Below are positions 7,885-16,651 of a stretch of 64,000 nt of DNA, in pieces. A program made the position numbers and the translations under genes. Numbering within the stretch: the first letter of the stretch is position 1; each line of letters opens with the position of its first letter. The stretch covers positions 128,001 to 192,000 of IMG/VR virus record IMGVR_UViG_3300035182_002389, one strand, 5' to 3'. The notes beneath the pieces were generated by a model, which made no database searches, was not told the origin of the DNA, and was given only the letters and a program-made list of their open reading frames with translations. This stretch comes from a virus. Lineage: Duplodnaviria; Caudoviricetes.

Positions 7885-9042
7885 ATGAACCCCCTGCTCC
7901 TCGTTCTGATCGCTGGCGGCGCTGCTGCGGCCTACTTCCTCACGAAGAAGTCGACGCCCGTCGCCGACACGACCGGGCAGCCGGCGCAGCCCGATCAGCC
8001 TGTCACGCCCCCGGGGCCTGCTGTCAAGCCGAAGCCGGTCGCCGTGCTTCCGCAGGCGCTCGACGCGGGGCAGCGCAGCGCGCTCTACAAGTCCCTTCCG
8101 ACGATGGATCTCGTGGACGGTCCGACCAAGACGCCGTCGAACGCGTCCGGGACCATCGCCGTCTCGAAGATCAGCCTCAAGAAGAACGCCATCTCCAGCG
8201 AGGTGCGCACCGACGCGTTCCCCATCATCGCTTCGGCGAACCTCGGCGGCCCCGACGGCAAGGCGCACAAGACGACCATCCTCGCGACCATGACCAACGA
8301 ACCTGGCGGGATGGAGATCGCCGCAGTCGACGGCGCCGACCTCGCGCGCTCGATGCTGCTGCCGGGCAGCCGCTGGTTCCTCTTCATGGAACCGGGGCAG
8401 GCCACGACGCTCTCGAAGGAAGCGGGCGCGCCTGCCATCCCCGCGAACCTTCCGCCCATCGTCATGCCCGACACCGGCGCCCCGAAGCAGGCGCTCACAA
8501 ATCCGCTCACGAGCAGCAGTCACATCTCGAAGGACAACATCGTCTTCAAACCGATCTTCCTCATCCACGGACTGATCGGCGACAAGGCCAACACTCCGCT
8601 CGCTGACATCCCGGGCCCCACGGGCATCAACGCGCGCGCTGCCGCGACCCGCTCCGACTCGGCCTCGATGGTCACGTGGGCCGACCAGCTCATCTCCGAG
8701 GGCTACACCAAGGCCGCCCAGGCGCTCTTCGATCAAGCCTACGCGATCGGATGGCGGGCATCGCCGACCGATCACAAGGAGCGAATGATTCTCGGCGACA
8801 TGCTCGACGCGAGTGCGCCGAACTACGACGCGGCCTACATCGCAGACGGCGTCGTCTTCAGCAATGCGGGCGACGGATCGTTCAACCTCGACGATCTTCG
8901 CGCGCTCGTCTACGCGGCGAAGACCGTGCCTCTGCCGACGCAGGTCGGCCCGCTCAACGACGCTGCGGCGAGCTTCCTCGCTGCTGGCTACACGGGCCTC
9001 GCGGGCGAGCTGAGCAACCTCGCCAAGAGCATCGTGGGCTGA
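7885..9042 (+). CDS. N-anchored membrane protein, paralog of 6187
   Basis: MNPLLLVLIAGGAAAAYFLTKK; PQALD; PGGMEI..PGSRWFLFMEPG; two GY.AA repeats. Confidence 0.75.
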   Translation: MNPLLLVLIAGGAAAAYFLTKKSTPVADTTGQPAQPDQPVTPPGPAVKPKPVAVLPQALDAGQRSALYKSLPTMDLVDGPTKTPSNASGTIAVSKISLKKNAISSEVRTDAFPIIASANLGGPDGKAHKTTILATMTNEPGGMEIAAVDGADLARSMLLPGSRWFLFMEPGQATTLSKEAGAPAIPANLPPIVMPDTGAPKQALTNPLTSSSHISKDNIVFKPIFLIHGLIGDKANTPLADIPGPTGINARAAATRSDSASMVTWADQLISEGYTKAAQALFDQAYAIGWRASPTDHKERMILGDMLDASAPNYDAAYIADGVVFSNAGDGSFNLDDLRALVYAAKTVPLPTQVGPLNDAAASFLAAGYTGLAGELSNLAKSIVG

Positions 9043-9134
9043 TTCCAACCTCTTCTGCTTGTTGGCCGCGACCGTGCTTCATAGCGCGCCGCGGCCGACT
9101 TGCATTTCGGACCGCGAGCTGGCGGATCAAGACC

Positions 9135-9149
9135 GACTTACGCTAAGCT
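9135..9149. promoter_or_regulatory. Palindromic motif GACTT-ACGCT-AAGCT
   Basis: Intergenic; identical to the copy at 24230. Confidence 0.75.
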
Positions 9150-9244
9150 CGAACCCATGGAACCGCTTCTGCTCTCGGCCGCGGACGACTGATCGTTTCG
9201 AGTCCACGATCCAAAACGATCAACCATCGAGGCGCGCCCGCACC

Positions 9245-10168
9245 ATGCCCCCCATCCTCATCGTCCTGATCGCCGGCGGCATCTTCGCCTACCTCATGTC
9301 GCGCGCTCCCAAAGGCGCGACGCCCATGGCGGGATCTACGCAAGGCTCCGCGCTCAGACGGTCCCCCGACACCGTTCGCATCGCTCCGGTGACGTACAGC
9401 GCGGCGTTCCCGCAGACGCTCACGAAGTCCGAGCAGATCCAGTTCCTCAAAGCCCTGCTCACCTACCGCATCATCGATCAGATGGGCGAGGTCACTCCCG
9501 CGCTGCCAATGGGCGTCACGGTCCCGAAGGATGGCGGGTCCGACGCTGCAACACTCTTGCCAGCAGCCTCTTCCGATGGCGTTGCGGCGCTGCCTATCGT
9601 CGCTGCCGCCAACCGCCTCGGTCACATCATCCTCGCGACCACGCCGCTCGACGGCGGCAAACGCGGACTCATCTCGCTCGGGCCGAAGGTCGACTACAAG
9701 CCCTTCGTGGCGCCCGGCTCGAACTGGTTTCTCTTCCTTCTACCAGGCGCCATCGAGCGCCTCGCAGACGAAGCCAAGATCACGCTGCCCGCGCCTTTTG
9801 GCCGCGGCGAAATCCTCGACGCATCCTTCGTTCAAGAGGCTCCGTCCTACGTCGCTCCCACCAGCACGCCCGCGTACGCGATGATGAAGGTCGAGCCTGC
9901 ACCGGCTCCGAAGACCGAAGACGACGTCGCGCAGATCGAGATCAAGGCGACCACGGCCGCCGACGATCTATCCGGGGCCGAGTTCAAGAACGAAGCCCAG
10001 GTTTGGGCTCGCGCGAAGGGGGCCTCCACCGATGAGGAGAAGGCCGCAGTCATCCCCGATCTCGTAGCCGACTCCGCGGTGCTCAAAGCCAAGGGATACG
10101 ATCTCGCGTCGAGCCAGTTCCTCACCCAAGCGACGACCTACGGGTACGTCACAACGCCGAAGGCCTGA
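9245..10168 (+). CDS. N-anchored membrane protein, paralog of 6187/7885
   Basis: MPPILIVLIAGGIFAYLMSR anchor; PGSNWFLFLLPG; KGYDLASSQF. Confidence 0.7.
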   Translation: MPPILIVLIAGGIFAYLMSRAPKGATPMAGSTQGSALRRSPDTVRIAPVTYSAAFPQTLTKSEQIQFLKALLTYRIIDQMGEVTPALPMGVTVPKDGGSDAATLLPAASSDGVAALPIVAAANRLGHIILATTPLDGGKRGLISLGPKVDYKPFVAPGSNWFLFLLPGAIERLADEAKITLPAPFGRGEILDASFVQEAPSYVAPTSTPAYAMMKVEPAPAPKTEDDVAQIEIKATTAADDLSGAEFKNEAQVWARAKGASTDEEKAAVIPDLVADSAVLKAKGYDLASSQFLTQATTYGYVTTPKA

Positions 10169-10170
10169 CC

Positions 10171-10674
10171 ATGAAGGCTCTACACCTCGTCGCTGCGGGA
10201 GGCGCTGCTCTCCTTCTTTTCGGCCTCCTGAAGAAAAAGGCTTCTGCCGCTGCCGGCACGACGCTCAACCAGCCCGTCCAGACCTTCGCCACGAAGAACC
10301 AAGTCGGCTGCCTCCAGTACACGCTCAACCAACGCTACGGGCTCAAGCTCCCCGAGACCGGCATCTACGACGAGGCGACCAGGGTCGCCGTCCAGCAAGC
10401 CCAGAGCGAACTTGGCCTGCCCACGACCGGAGAGATCGATCTTCCGTTGCTCACGAAAATCGGCGGATGCGGATCGATGGAGACCTTCTACCGCTGCGTA
10501 CAGAAGGCCTTGAATGCAACCAAGCGCCCCGACGGCACAACCTACGAAAAGGTCGACGAAGACGGCCTGCTCTCTTCGCCCCTCGTGCGCGCTTTGCGTC
10601 AGTTCCAGGCGGATTACAACCTGCCCGTGACCGGCCGACTCGATCTTTTGACGCTCAACGCGGTACAATGCTGA
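10171..10674 (+). CDS. N-anchored protein with two peptidoglycan-binding (PG_binding_1-like) domains
   Basis: LQYTLN..TGIYDEATRVAVQQAQSELGLPTTGEID; DG..VRALRQFQADYNLPVTGRLD. Confidence 0.85.
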   Translation: MKALHLVAAGGAALLLFGLLKKKASAAAGTTLNQPVQTFATKNQVGCLQYTLNQRYGLKLPETGIYDEATRVAVQQAQSELGLPTTGEIDLPLLTKIGGCGSMETFYRCVQKALNATKRPDGTTYEKVDEDGLLSSPLVRALRQFQADYNLPVTGRLDLLTLNAVQC

Positions 10675-10720
10675 GCGCTGCGGCGACGAGCCGAAACGCA
10701 CCCTGATCTGGAGCTACACC

Positions 10721-11710
10721 ATGGGCCCTCTTCCTATCATTCTCGGCGGCGGCGCTGTGCTCCTTGCGCTCGCGTTCGGCAAGAAGTCCTCGGTTGCGTC
10801 GCTGACCAGCAACCCTCAGCCGACCCCCTACACGCCGCCGAACATCCTCCCGCCGGGGCCCACGCCGCCGAAGCCAGTCCCTCCCCAGGATTTGCCCATG
10901 GGCACTTCCGGCGGCGCGAGCAAGGCCGAGATCACCTGCTTGCAGACGCAGCTCAGCATGCTCCGGTCGCCCGACGGCGCCGGATACAACACGGGCGGCA
11001 TCGACGGCGTCTGGACGAGCGGAACGTCCTCCGCGCTCGCGAAGTTCCAGAAAGATGCCGGCCTGCCGGTCACCGGAAGCATCGACGCGGCGACCCGATC
11101 GGCCGAAGCCTTCGCCATGTGCTTCTCGGCCAGCGCGCCGCAGCCTTCGAGCGGCCCCGACATGACCGGCGGCGCCACCGCGTACCAAATCCGCTGCCTC
11201 CAAAGCGCTCTGAACAACCGCTACAACGATCAGAACGTCAAGGAAGACGGTCTCTGGTCAAGCGCGCTCGGCACCGTCGTCTCTCGCGCGCAAACCGACG
11301 CGGGGCAGGCCGTCACCGGCCGCATCACCCCCGAGCTGCTCGCGCAAGCCGGATGCTCTGCTGCCGCGCCGACCGTGTATCCGTCGACCTTCGGCGACAC
11401 CATCGCGTGCGACGTCAACGGCAACATGCCTGACGCGAAGAAGACGGCGGACCTCAAGGCCGCCATCAACGCGTCGACCAGCGAAGCCGACCTCAACGAG
11501 TTCGCGAACTTCTGCCTCTCGCTCGACAAGCCCTGCACGGGTCTGCACGACTACGCGCTCGCCCGCATCGTCGGGATGCGCGAGAACAAGACCACCGAGC
11601 AAGTCCTGCAAGAGCAGCACGACGCCGCCGTCGCTGCCGCGCAACAAGCGGGAGGCGTCGTCAAGGACGCTGCTGGCAACGTCATCGACACCTTCAAGAA
11701 CATGTTCTGA
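10721..11710 (+). CDS. N-anchored protein with two PG-binding domains and a helical C-terminus
   Basis: IDGVWTSGTSSALAKFQKDAGLPVTGSIDAAT; EDGLWSSALGTVVSRAQ..VTGRIT. Confidence 0.85.
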   Translation: MGPLPIILGGGAVLLALAFGKKSSVASLTSNPQPTPYTPPNILPPGPTPPKPVPPQDLPMGTSGGASKAEITCLQTQLSMLRSPDGAGYNTGGIDGVWTSGTSSALAKFQKDAGLPVTGSIDAATRSAEAFAMCFSASAPQPSSGPDMTGGATAYQIRCLQSALNNRYNDQNVKEDGLWSSALGTVVSRAQTDAGQAVTGRITPELLAQAGCSAAAPTVYPSTFGDTIACDVNGNMPDAKKTADLKAAINASTSEADLNEFANFCLSLDKPCTGLHDYALARIVGMRENKTTEQVLQEQHDAAVAAAQQAGGVVKDAAGNVIDTFKNMF

Positions 11711-11723
11711 TCGGGAGAGTGAA

Positions 11724-11951
11724 ATGCGAGTCTCGATCGGAAATCGTGTCGCCCTCGACGTGCAGACCGGCAAGGAGGGCGAGACCCTCCTGCTCCTGCT
11801 CACGGTTCAAACCCCGTGGGGCCCCATCTCCAACGCGACGAGCGTGAGCGCGCAGACGCTTCGCGCCATGCTTGTGTGGCTCCGCTCGAACTACGGCACG
11901 CTCGCGTACGATTTCGTTGCCGCGCGCAGCGGCCTGCTCCGTCGCCGCTGA
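11724..11951 (+). CDS. Small hypothetical protein
   Basis: GGGAG SD; fills the gap in the operon. Confidence 0.55.
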   Translation: MRVSIGNRVALDVQTGKEGETLLLLLTVQTPWGPISNATSVSAQTLRAMLVWLRSNYGTLAYDFVAARSGLLRRR

Positions 11952-11963
11952 ACCAACATTCCC

Positions 11964-11978
11964 GGCTTACCGCAAGCC
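11964..11978. promoter_or_regulatory. Palindromic motif GGCTT-ACCGC-AAGCC
   Basis: Intergenic, about 22 bp before ATG 12000. Confidence 0.75.
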
Positions 11979-11999
11979 TTCATCCAAGAAAGCACGATC

Positions 12000-12644
12000 A
12001 TGTCGCACACCCGTGAAGAAGTTCTGACCCGCGCGATGGACGTCAACGCGCAGATGCAGGAAGTCGGCAAACTCGCCTTCTCGCTCTGCTTCGACCTTCA
12101 AGGGGCGGTCGCTACGGGCATGGCAGCCATCGCCAACATGAGCCCGACGCTCACCGAGGTCGCCGCCGTTCAGGCCTCGTTGCTCGGCGACATGATCCCG
12201 CAAATCGCCGTCAGCGTTCGGCGATGCAAGTCGCTGAACACGGTTCAGGCCGGCGGCGACGCCGCTTTCGTCTCGAAGTTCACGTCGCTGCTCGCGCGCT
12301 GGAAGCTCTTCACCCGCCGCATCCAGGTGTTCAACCTCTTCGGCCAAGGTCCCGACAGCGCGTGGGACACCGTCGGCGTCTACGAGAACATCCTCGCGAA
12401 GTATCGCCAGGAAGTGCAGCTCCTCGCGCCGACGACCGTGGCCAACATCGTCGAGCAGGAGGCGACGCCTCCGAACGTCCTGCCCGAGCCCGTCGACGCG
12501 AGCGCGGCTCCTTCGACCCAGATCGTCGCAGGCGCCGCAGGCGCAAGTGTGCCGGTCGCCGGCACGCCGTGGGCTCTCATCGGCGGCGCGGCCATCGGCG
12601 GCGCAGCGCTCACCTATCTGCTGACGAAGCGTTCGTCCCGATAG
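12000..12644 (+). CDS. C-terminally anchored helical protein, paralog A of a tandem trio
   Basis: HTREEV..; RWKLFTRRIQVFNLFGQGPDSAW; C-terminal TM plus KR. Confidence 0.75.
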   Translation: MSHTREEVLTRAMDVNAQMQEVGKLAFSLCFDLQGAVATGMAAIANMSPTLTEVAAVQASLLGDMIPQIAVSVRRCKSLNTVQAGGDAAFVSKFTSLLARWKLFTRRIQVFNLFGQGPDSAWDTVGVYENILAKYRQEVQLLAPTTVANIVEQEATPPNVLPEPVDASAAPSTQIVAGAAGASVPVAGTPWALIGGAAIGGAALTYLLTKRSSR

Positions 12645-12684
12645 GCGACCGAAACCTCGACCCTTCACGCGAAAGAACAAGACC

Positions 12685-13401
12685 ATGCCTTTGCTCGACA
12701 CCCACTCGCGTGAAGAGGTCCGCGCCAAAGCGGCGAACGTCGACGCCTCGATGAAGGAGTTCGAGAAGATCGTCCTCTCGCGGATGGCCTTCGACCCGAG
12801 CGCCATCGGTTCGGCGGTCAATGCCGCGCTCGCTCCCGACGCTCCCAACGCCGGCGAGTCCGCCAGCATCCTCGCTGCCAACCTCTCCGATACGGCGCCG
12901 TACATCGGCCCCTCCGTTCAACGCCGCGCCACCATCAGCGCTGCCCAGGCGACCAAGGAGACCGACTTCGCCACGAAGTTCATGGCCTTCTACGCGCGAT
13001 GGAGCCTCTTCTACAAGCGCATCCAAGGGTTCGATCTCTTCGGGCCGTCCCCCGACGCCGCGTGGAAGATCGTGACCGACTACGAGACGAACCTCGGCAC
13101 CTACAAGCAGGAAGCCGCGCAGATCATGGCCGCGTCGGCCGCTACGCCCGGCCCTGTGTTCGGGCCGCCCATCAACCCGACTCCGGTCGTTCCCGGCCAA
13201 CCTGCACTGCCGGGGCAGCCTGCGACGCCCGCGCTCCCCGGGGCAGGGCCCGCCCTGTCCTCGGGCATCCCGTCGTGGCTCCTCATCGGCGGCGTGGCTG
13301 TCGGCGGCGTCCTGCTCGCCCACTACCTGACCAAGTCGAAGGGGCCGACCAGCGGCCAGTCCCTGCCTTCCGCGAGCTTCGCGAGCTACCGAGGCCGGTA
13401 G
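12685..13401 (+). CDS. C-terminally anchored helical protein, paralog B
   Basis: HSREEV..; RWSLFYKRIQGFDLFGPSPDAAW; C-terminal TM. Confidence 0.75.
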   Translation: MPLLDTHSREEVRAKAANVDASMKEFEKIVLSRMAFDPSAIGSAVNAALAPDAPNAGESASILAANLSDTAPYIGPSVQRRATISAAQATKETDFATKFMAFYARWSLFYKRIQGFDLFGPSPDAAWKIVTDYETNLGTYKQEAAQIMAASAATPGPVFGPPINPTPVVPGQPALPGQPATPALPGAGPALSSGIPSWLLIGGVAVGGVLLAHYLTKSKGPTSGQSLPSASFASYRGR

Positions 13402-13445
13402 CCCGAACTTCGCCACCGAACCTTTCGAGCCCTTCGAGGAGACCC

Positions 13446-14180
13446 ATGGCCGACTATCAGAACGCGCTCTTCAACACCCACGAACGCGGAGAGGTGAGGG
13501 CGCGAGCGTCGACCGTCGATGCGGCGATCTCGACCTACAATCGAGACCTGCTCGCGCAGATCGCGTTCGATGCGGCCGACGTCGGAACGAACCTCTCAAA
13601 GTACCTCACGAACGATCTCGGCGCGTCCGACGGCGAAGCTTCGCTCATCGTGGAAGAGAGCGTCGCCGTCGCCGCTCCCTTCCTCGTGCACGCAGGACAG
13701 CGCGTCGCCATCGTCCCGGTCGACACCGCACAGAGCGAGAAGACCTTCTACCAGGGATGGTCGAAGTTCTACGGCAAGTGGAAGCTCTTCTTCACGCGCA
13801 TCCAAAGCTTCAGCCTGCTCGGCCCGTCCCCCGACGACGCCTGGAACATGCTCATGCAGTTCGAGACCGATTTTGCCGCGTGGAAGAAGCAGGGCGAGAC
13901 CCTGCTCCACGTCAAATCGACGGCCCCCGACGTTCCCGCTCTCCCGCAGCCGGATCCGGGCGCCGTCGAGAAGTTCGGCTCCTCCGTCGAGTCGGTCGCG
14001 AAGACGGTCCTGCTCTACGGCGCGCTCGCGGGCGGCGGGTTCCTTCTCTACAAGTACCTCTCCTCGCGTGTCGAGGAGCGCAACATCGGCCTTGGCGAAC
14101 GACGCGCTGGCGGCTCCATGGGCGGCTCGATGATCGGGTCTGCCGAGCCCTACGGCTACCTTCCTTCAGGCCGGCGCTGA
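13446..14180 (+). CDS. C-terminally anchored helical protein, paralog C
   Basis: HERGEV..; KWKLFFTRIQSFSLLGPSPDDAW; C-terminal TM; GGAG SD before ATG 13446. Confidence 0.75.
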   Translation: MADYQNALFNTHERGEVRARASTVDAAISTYNRDLLAQIAFDAADVGTNLSKYLTNDLGASDGEASLIVEESVAVAAPFLVHAGQRVAIVPVDTAQSEKTFYQGWSKFYGKWKLFFTRIQSFSLLGPSPDDAWNMLMQFETDFAAWKKQGETLLHVKSTAPDVPALPQPDPGAVEKFGSSVESVAKTVLLYGALAGGGFLLYKYLSSRVEERNIGLGERRAGGSMGGSMIGSAEPYGYLPSGRR

Positions 14181-14214
14181 GGCAAGACGAGATCGGGAAC
14201 GCGCCTTCGGCGCT

Positions 14215-14250
14215 GGGAACGGGAACGGGAACGGGAACGGGAACGGGAAC
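14215..14250 (+). repeat. (GGGAAC)6 intergenic tandem repeat
   Basis: Six perfect copies, plus an upstream GGGAAC and a GCGCC-TTC-GGCGC hairpin (14195-14213); ends 7 bp before ATG 14258. Confidence 0.95.
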
Positions 14251-14257
14251 GGACAAG

Positions 14258-15079
14258 ATGCTGCCAATCCTTGCCGCTGTTGGAGCTTGGGAAGGGGCCT
14301 GGTGGCTCCGTCGCCGCAACGCGCGCACGTCGATGTACGCGGAGGCCGCTGCCAAAGCGCGCCAGCTCGGCAAACCGTTGCTCGTCATCGGCGCGCCCGA
14401 CGGGGGCGTCACGGCGGGCTACGGATGCGGAGACGTCACCATCGACCTGCAAGAGTCCTCGTGCCCCGTCAGCATCAAGGCCGACATCACGAAGACGCTC
14501 CCGTTCGACGACAACTCCGCGGTCGTGTTCGTGTCCTGCGTCCTCGAATACGTGAACGACGCCGAAGCGGCCATGCGCGAGCTTCGCCGTGTCGCAGGGC
14601 CGAACCTCTACATGGTTCGTGTCGAGCCGTGGACGCTCACGGCCTACCTCTACCCAGGCGCTCAGCGCACCTTCCCACGAAACGTCACCCCCGAGTCTGA
14701 GGCCGCCGTGCTCAAGCTCCGACCTTCCGGCCACGCTCTTCTCCGCCGCCACAACGAAACACTCGCGCCCTCGCGCGAAGGCCCGACTGCCATCGTGCGC
14801 ACGGGCGCCGTCGCCGACCCTTCCGCGCCCGCCCCCGGGTTCAACTGGATGCTCGCGCTCGGCGCCCTCGGAGCCATCGGCGTCGCGCTCTACATCGTGA
14901 AGAAGAGCGGCGAGAAGGTCGAGGTCACGCACCGCCAGGCTTCGTACGAAGACCTTTGGAGCGATGCGACGCGTGCGACGCGCGACCCGCAGCGCGCCAA
15001 GAAACAGAAATCTCGCCTCGAAGCGTGGGAAGCGCGCAAGGCGATGAGCGCCATCGCGCGCCGAGAGAACGAGTGGTGA
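14258..15079 (+). CDS. SAM-dependent methyltransferase-like protein (Methyltransf_11-like) with hydrophobic N-terminus and C-terminal TM
   Basis: ADITKTLPFDDNSAVVFVSCVLEYVNDAEAAMRELRRV; motif I is atypical (VIGAPDG). Confidence 0.6.
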   Translation: MLPILAAVGAWEGAWWLRRRNARTSMYAEAAAKARQLGKPLLVIGAPDGGVTAGYGCGDVTIDLQESSCPVSIKADITKTLPFDDNSAVVFVSCVLEYVNDAEAAMRELRRVAGPNLYMVRVEPWTLTAYLYPGAQRTFPRNVTPESEAAVLKLRPSGHALLRRHNETLAPSREGPTAIVRTGAVADPSAPAPGFNWMLALGALGAIGVALYIVKKSGEKVEVTHRQASYEDLWSDATRATRDPQRAKKQKSRLEAWEARKAMSAIARRENEW

Positions 15080-15294
15080 TGTACGCTCGGCCCATCCTCG
15101 CGCGACGGAAGACGTCTGCCGCTGTTGGCGCCGCCGCCGACGACGGCGACAAGCTGTCGACGAACACGATCGCGGTTCTCGCCGTCGTATGTCCTCTCGC
15201 GGGCTACCTTGCCTATCGGGCCTTCGGCGAGCCGCCTACAGAATCCGCGCGATCCACATCCACGCCCGCCCACCGATTGAGCTGGAACTCATGA
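15079..15294 (+). CDS. Small single-TM protein with RPxL...VG leader
   Basis: MYARPILARRKTSAAVGA..TM; start could be GTG 15076. Confidence 0.65.
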   Translation: MYARPILARRKTSAAVGAAADDGDKLSTNTIAVLAVVCPLAGYLAYRAFGEPPTESARSTSTPAHRLSWNS

Positions 15295-15533
15295 GCTTTC
15301 TTCGACCCTGCGGACGTTCTCTGTTGAGCGCGCCTACGTGGCCCACCGCACAAGCCCAGGTCGGCGGCACCGCCGAAACCGTCGCCGCCACCGCAACAGG
15401 TCTGCTCGTCGCAGGGTTCACCATCGCCCTTGGCGCCATGGCCGTCTACGATCGGGGTTTCACCAAGGGCTGCAACGACTGCCGAAACCAAGACCGAAAG
15501 TGGGCCCTCGAAGGCAAGTCGAAGTTCATCTGA
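15291..15533 (+). CDS. Small single-TM protein with VG leader
   Basis: MSFLRPCGRSLL..AQVGG..TM; ATGA-type overlap with the previous gene. Confidence 0.65.
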   Translation: MSFLRPCGRSLLSAPTWPTAQAQVGGTAETVAATATGLLVAGFTIALGAMAVYDRGFTKGCNDCRNQDRKWALEGKSKFI

Positions 15534-15565
15534 CAAGACACATAACGAGCTGCTACTATCTTCCC

Positions 15566-15766
15566 ATGCCCCGACCGAACATCGTCCTCGAACCCGGCCA
15601 CGTTTTTCTCTACAAAGCCCTCGGCAAGACGAACGAGACCATCAAGGTCTCCGCCGAAGACGCGAAGAAGGCGAACTTCATCAAGCTCTTCGACGTGCAC
15701 GGGCGAACCTTCGCCGCGTTCTCCATCAAAGGGACGCTCTACGCGCAGCCCTACCGGCACGGATAG
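15566..15766 (+). CDS. Small hypothetical beta-rich protein
   Basis: Preceded by TACTAT -10-like box; 66 aa. Confidence 0.55.
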   Translation: MPRPNIVLEPGHVFLYKALGKTNETIKVSAEDAKKANFIKLFDVHGRTFAAFSIKGTLYAQPYRHG

Positions 15767-15774
15767 GAGACGTC

Positions 15775-16617
15775 GTGGCCGAAACCCTCGCCGACACGCT
15801 TCGCCAGCTCGGCGCCCGCATGCTTCGGATTCTCACCGAAGAGAAGCATCGAAACCGATCGCCGCTCGAAGTCATTCGCGAAGAGCTGGCTCGGCAGGGG
15901 ATCGACCCGAGCGGGGAGAAGCAGAACGCGATCACGCTCTTGTTCGCTGCTTTCTGGGCGATGAGCGGGTTCGCCTACGTCGCGGTCGGCCACACGCTCT
16001 CGGCCTCGCTCATGGCCACCGATCCGCCCGAGGACGTCGAAGACCTCGACGTCCCATGGCCCGCGTTCATCGTCGGCGTGCCCAACGGCCTCATCCCGGG
16101 CGATCCTGCCGAGTTCATCGGCATCGCTCGAAGATCCGATTCCAGCGACGCCATGGTTCTGATCGGATGGCGCGCCGGCAACCGCTACTCCGCATGGTTC
16201 GGAAGCATTCGCGAACTCTCAGAGAACGCCAGGCACGCGGGCGCCGACGTCATCCTGCTCTACCGTTTGCTCATCGGCGTCATTCTGGAGCTGGACGCCC
16301 CCAAGGCCTCGGGGACCTTGCAGTCGCCACCGAAGCAGCCGAAGACTCGTCGGCAAGGGGAGCTGCCTCGCGTGTGGGTCTACCGCCTCGTGCGCGACGT
16401 CAAGGTCGACTGCCGCCCGTGGGTGCAGGCGTTCGTGCAGAGCGGAGGCAAGTCGCCGTCCGTGCAGCGCCTCACGCGAGGGCACCAACGACGCGTCGCA
16501 GTCGGACCTGGGCGCGCAGGACGGCGTTGGCAGCGCATCGAGCCCTATTGGAAGGGAAGCGTCGACGCTCCGATTGCGACGAGTCGACACGTCCTTGCGA
16601 CCAAGCGGCGTCCGTGA
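15775..16617 (+). CDS. Hypothetical phage-type protein with C-terminal RGH..R...GPGR...W..IEPYWKG motif
   Basis: GGAG SD before GTG 15775; Arg-rich C-terminal motif I recall from uncharacterised phage proteins. Confidence 0.6.
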   Translation: MAETLADTLRQLGARMLRILTEEKHRNRSPLEVIREELARQGIDPSGEKQNAITLLFAAFWAMSGFAYVAVGHTLSASLMATDPPEDVEDLDVPWPAFIVGVPNGLIPGDPAEFIGIARRSDSSDAMVLIGWRAGNRYSAWFGSIRELSENARHAGADVILLYRLLIGVILELDAPKASGTLQSPPKQPKTRRQGELPRVWVYRLVRDVKVDCRPWVQAFVQSGGKSPSVQRLTRGHQRRVAVGPGRAGRRWQRIEPYWKGSVDAPIATSRHVLATKRRP

Positions 16618-16630
16618 CTTGTCGAAAGTC
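16616..16630. promoter_or_regulatory. Palindromic motif GACTT-GTCGA-AAGTC
   Basis: Followed by TAGGAT (16637); ATG at 16652. Confidence 0.75.
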
Positions 16631-16651
16631 CAAGCGTAGGATGGTGGCACC

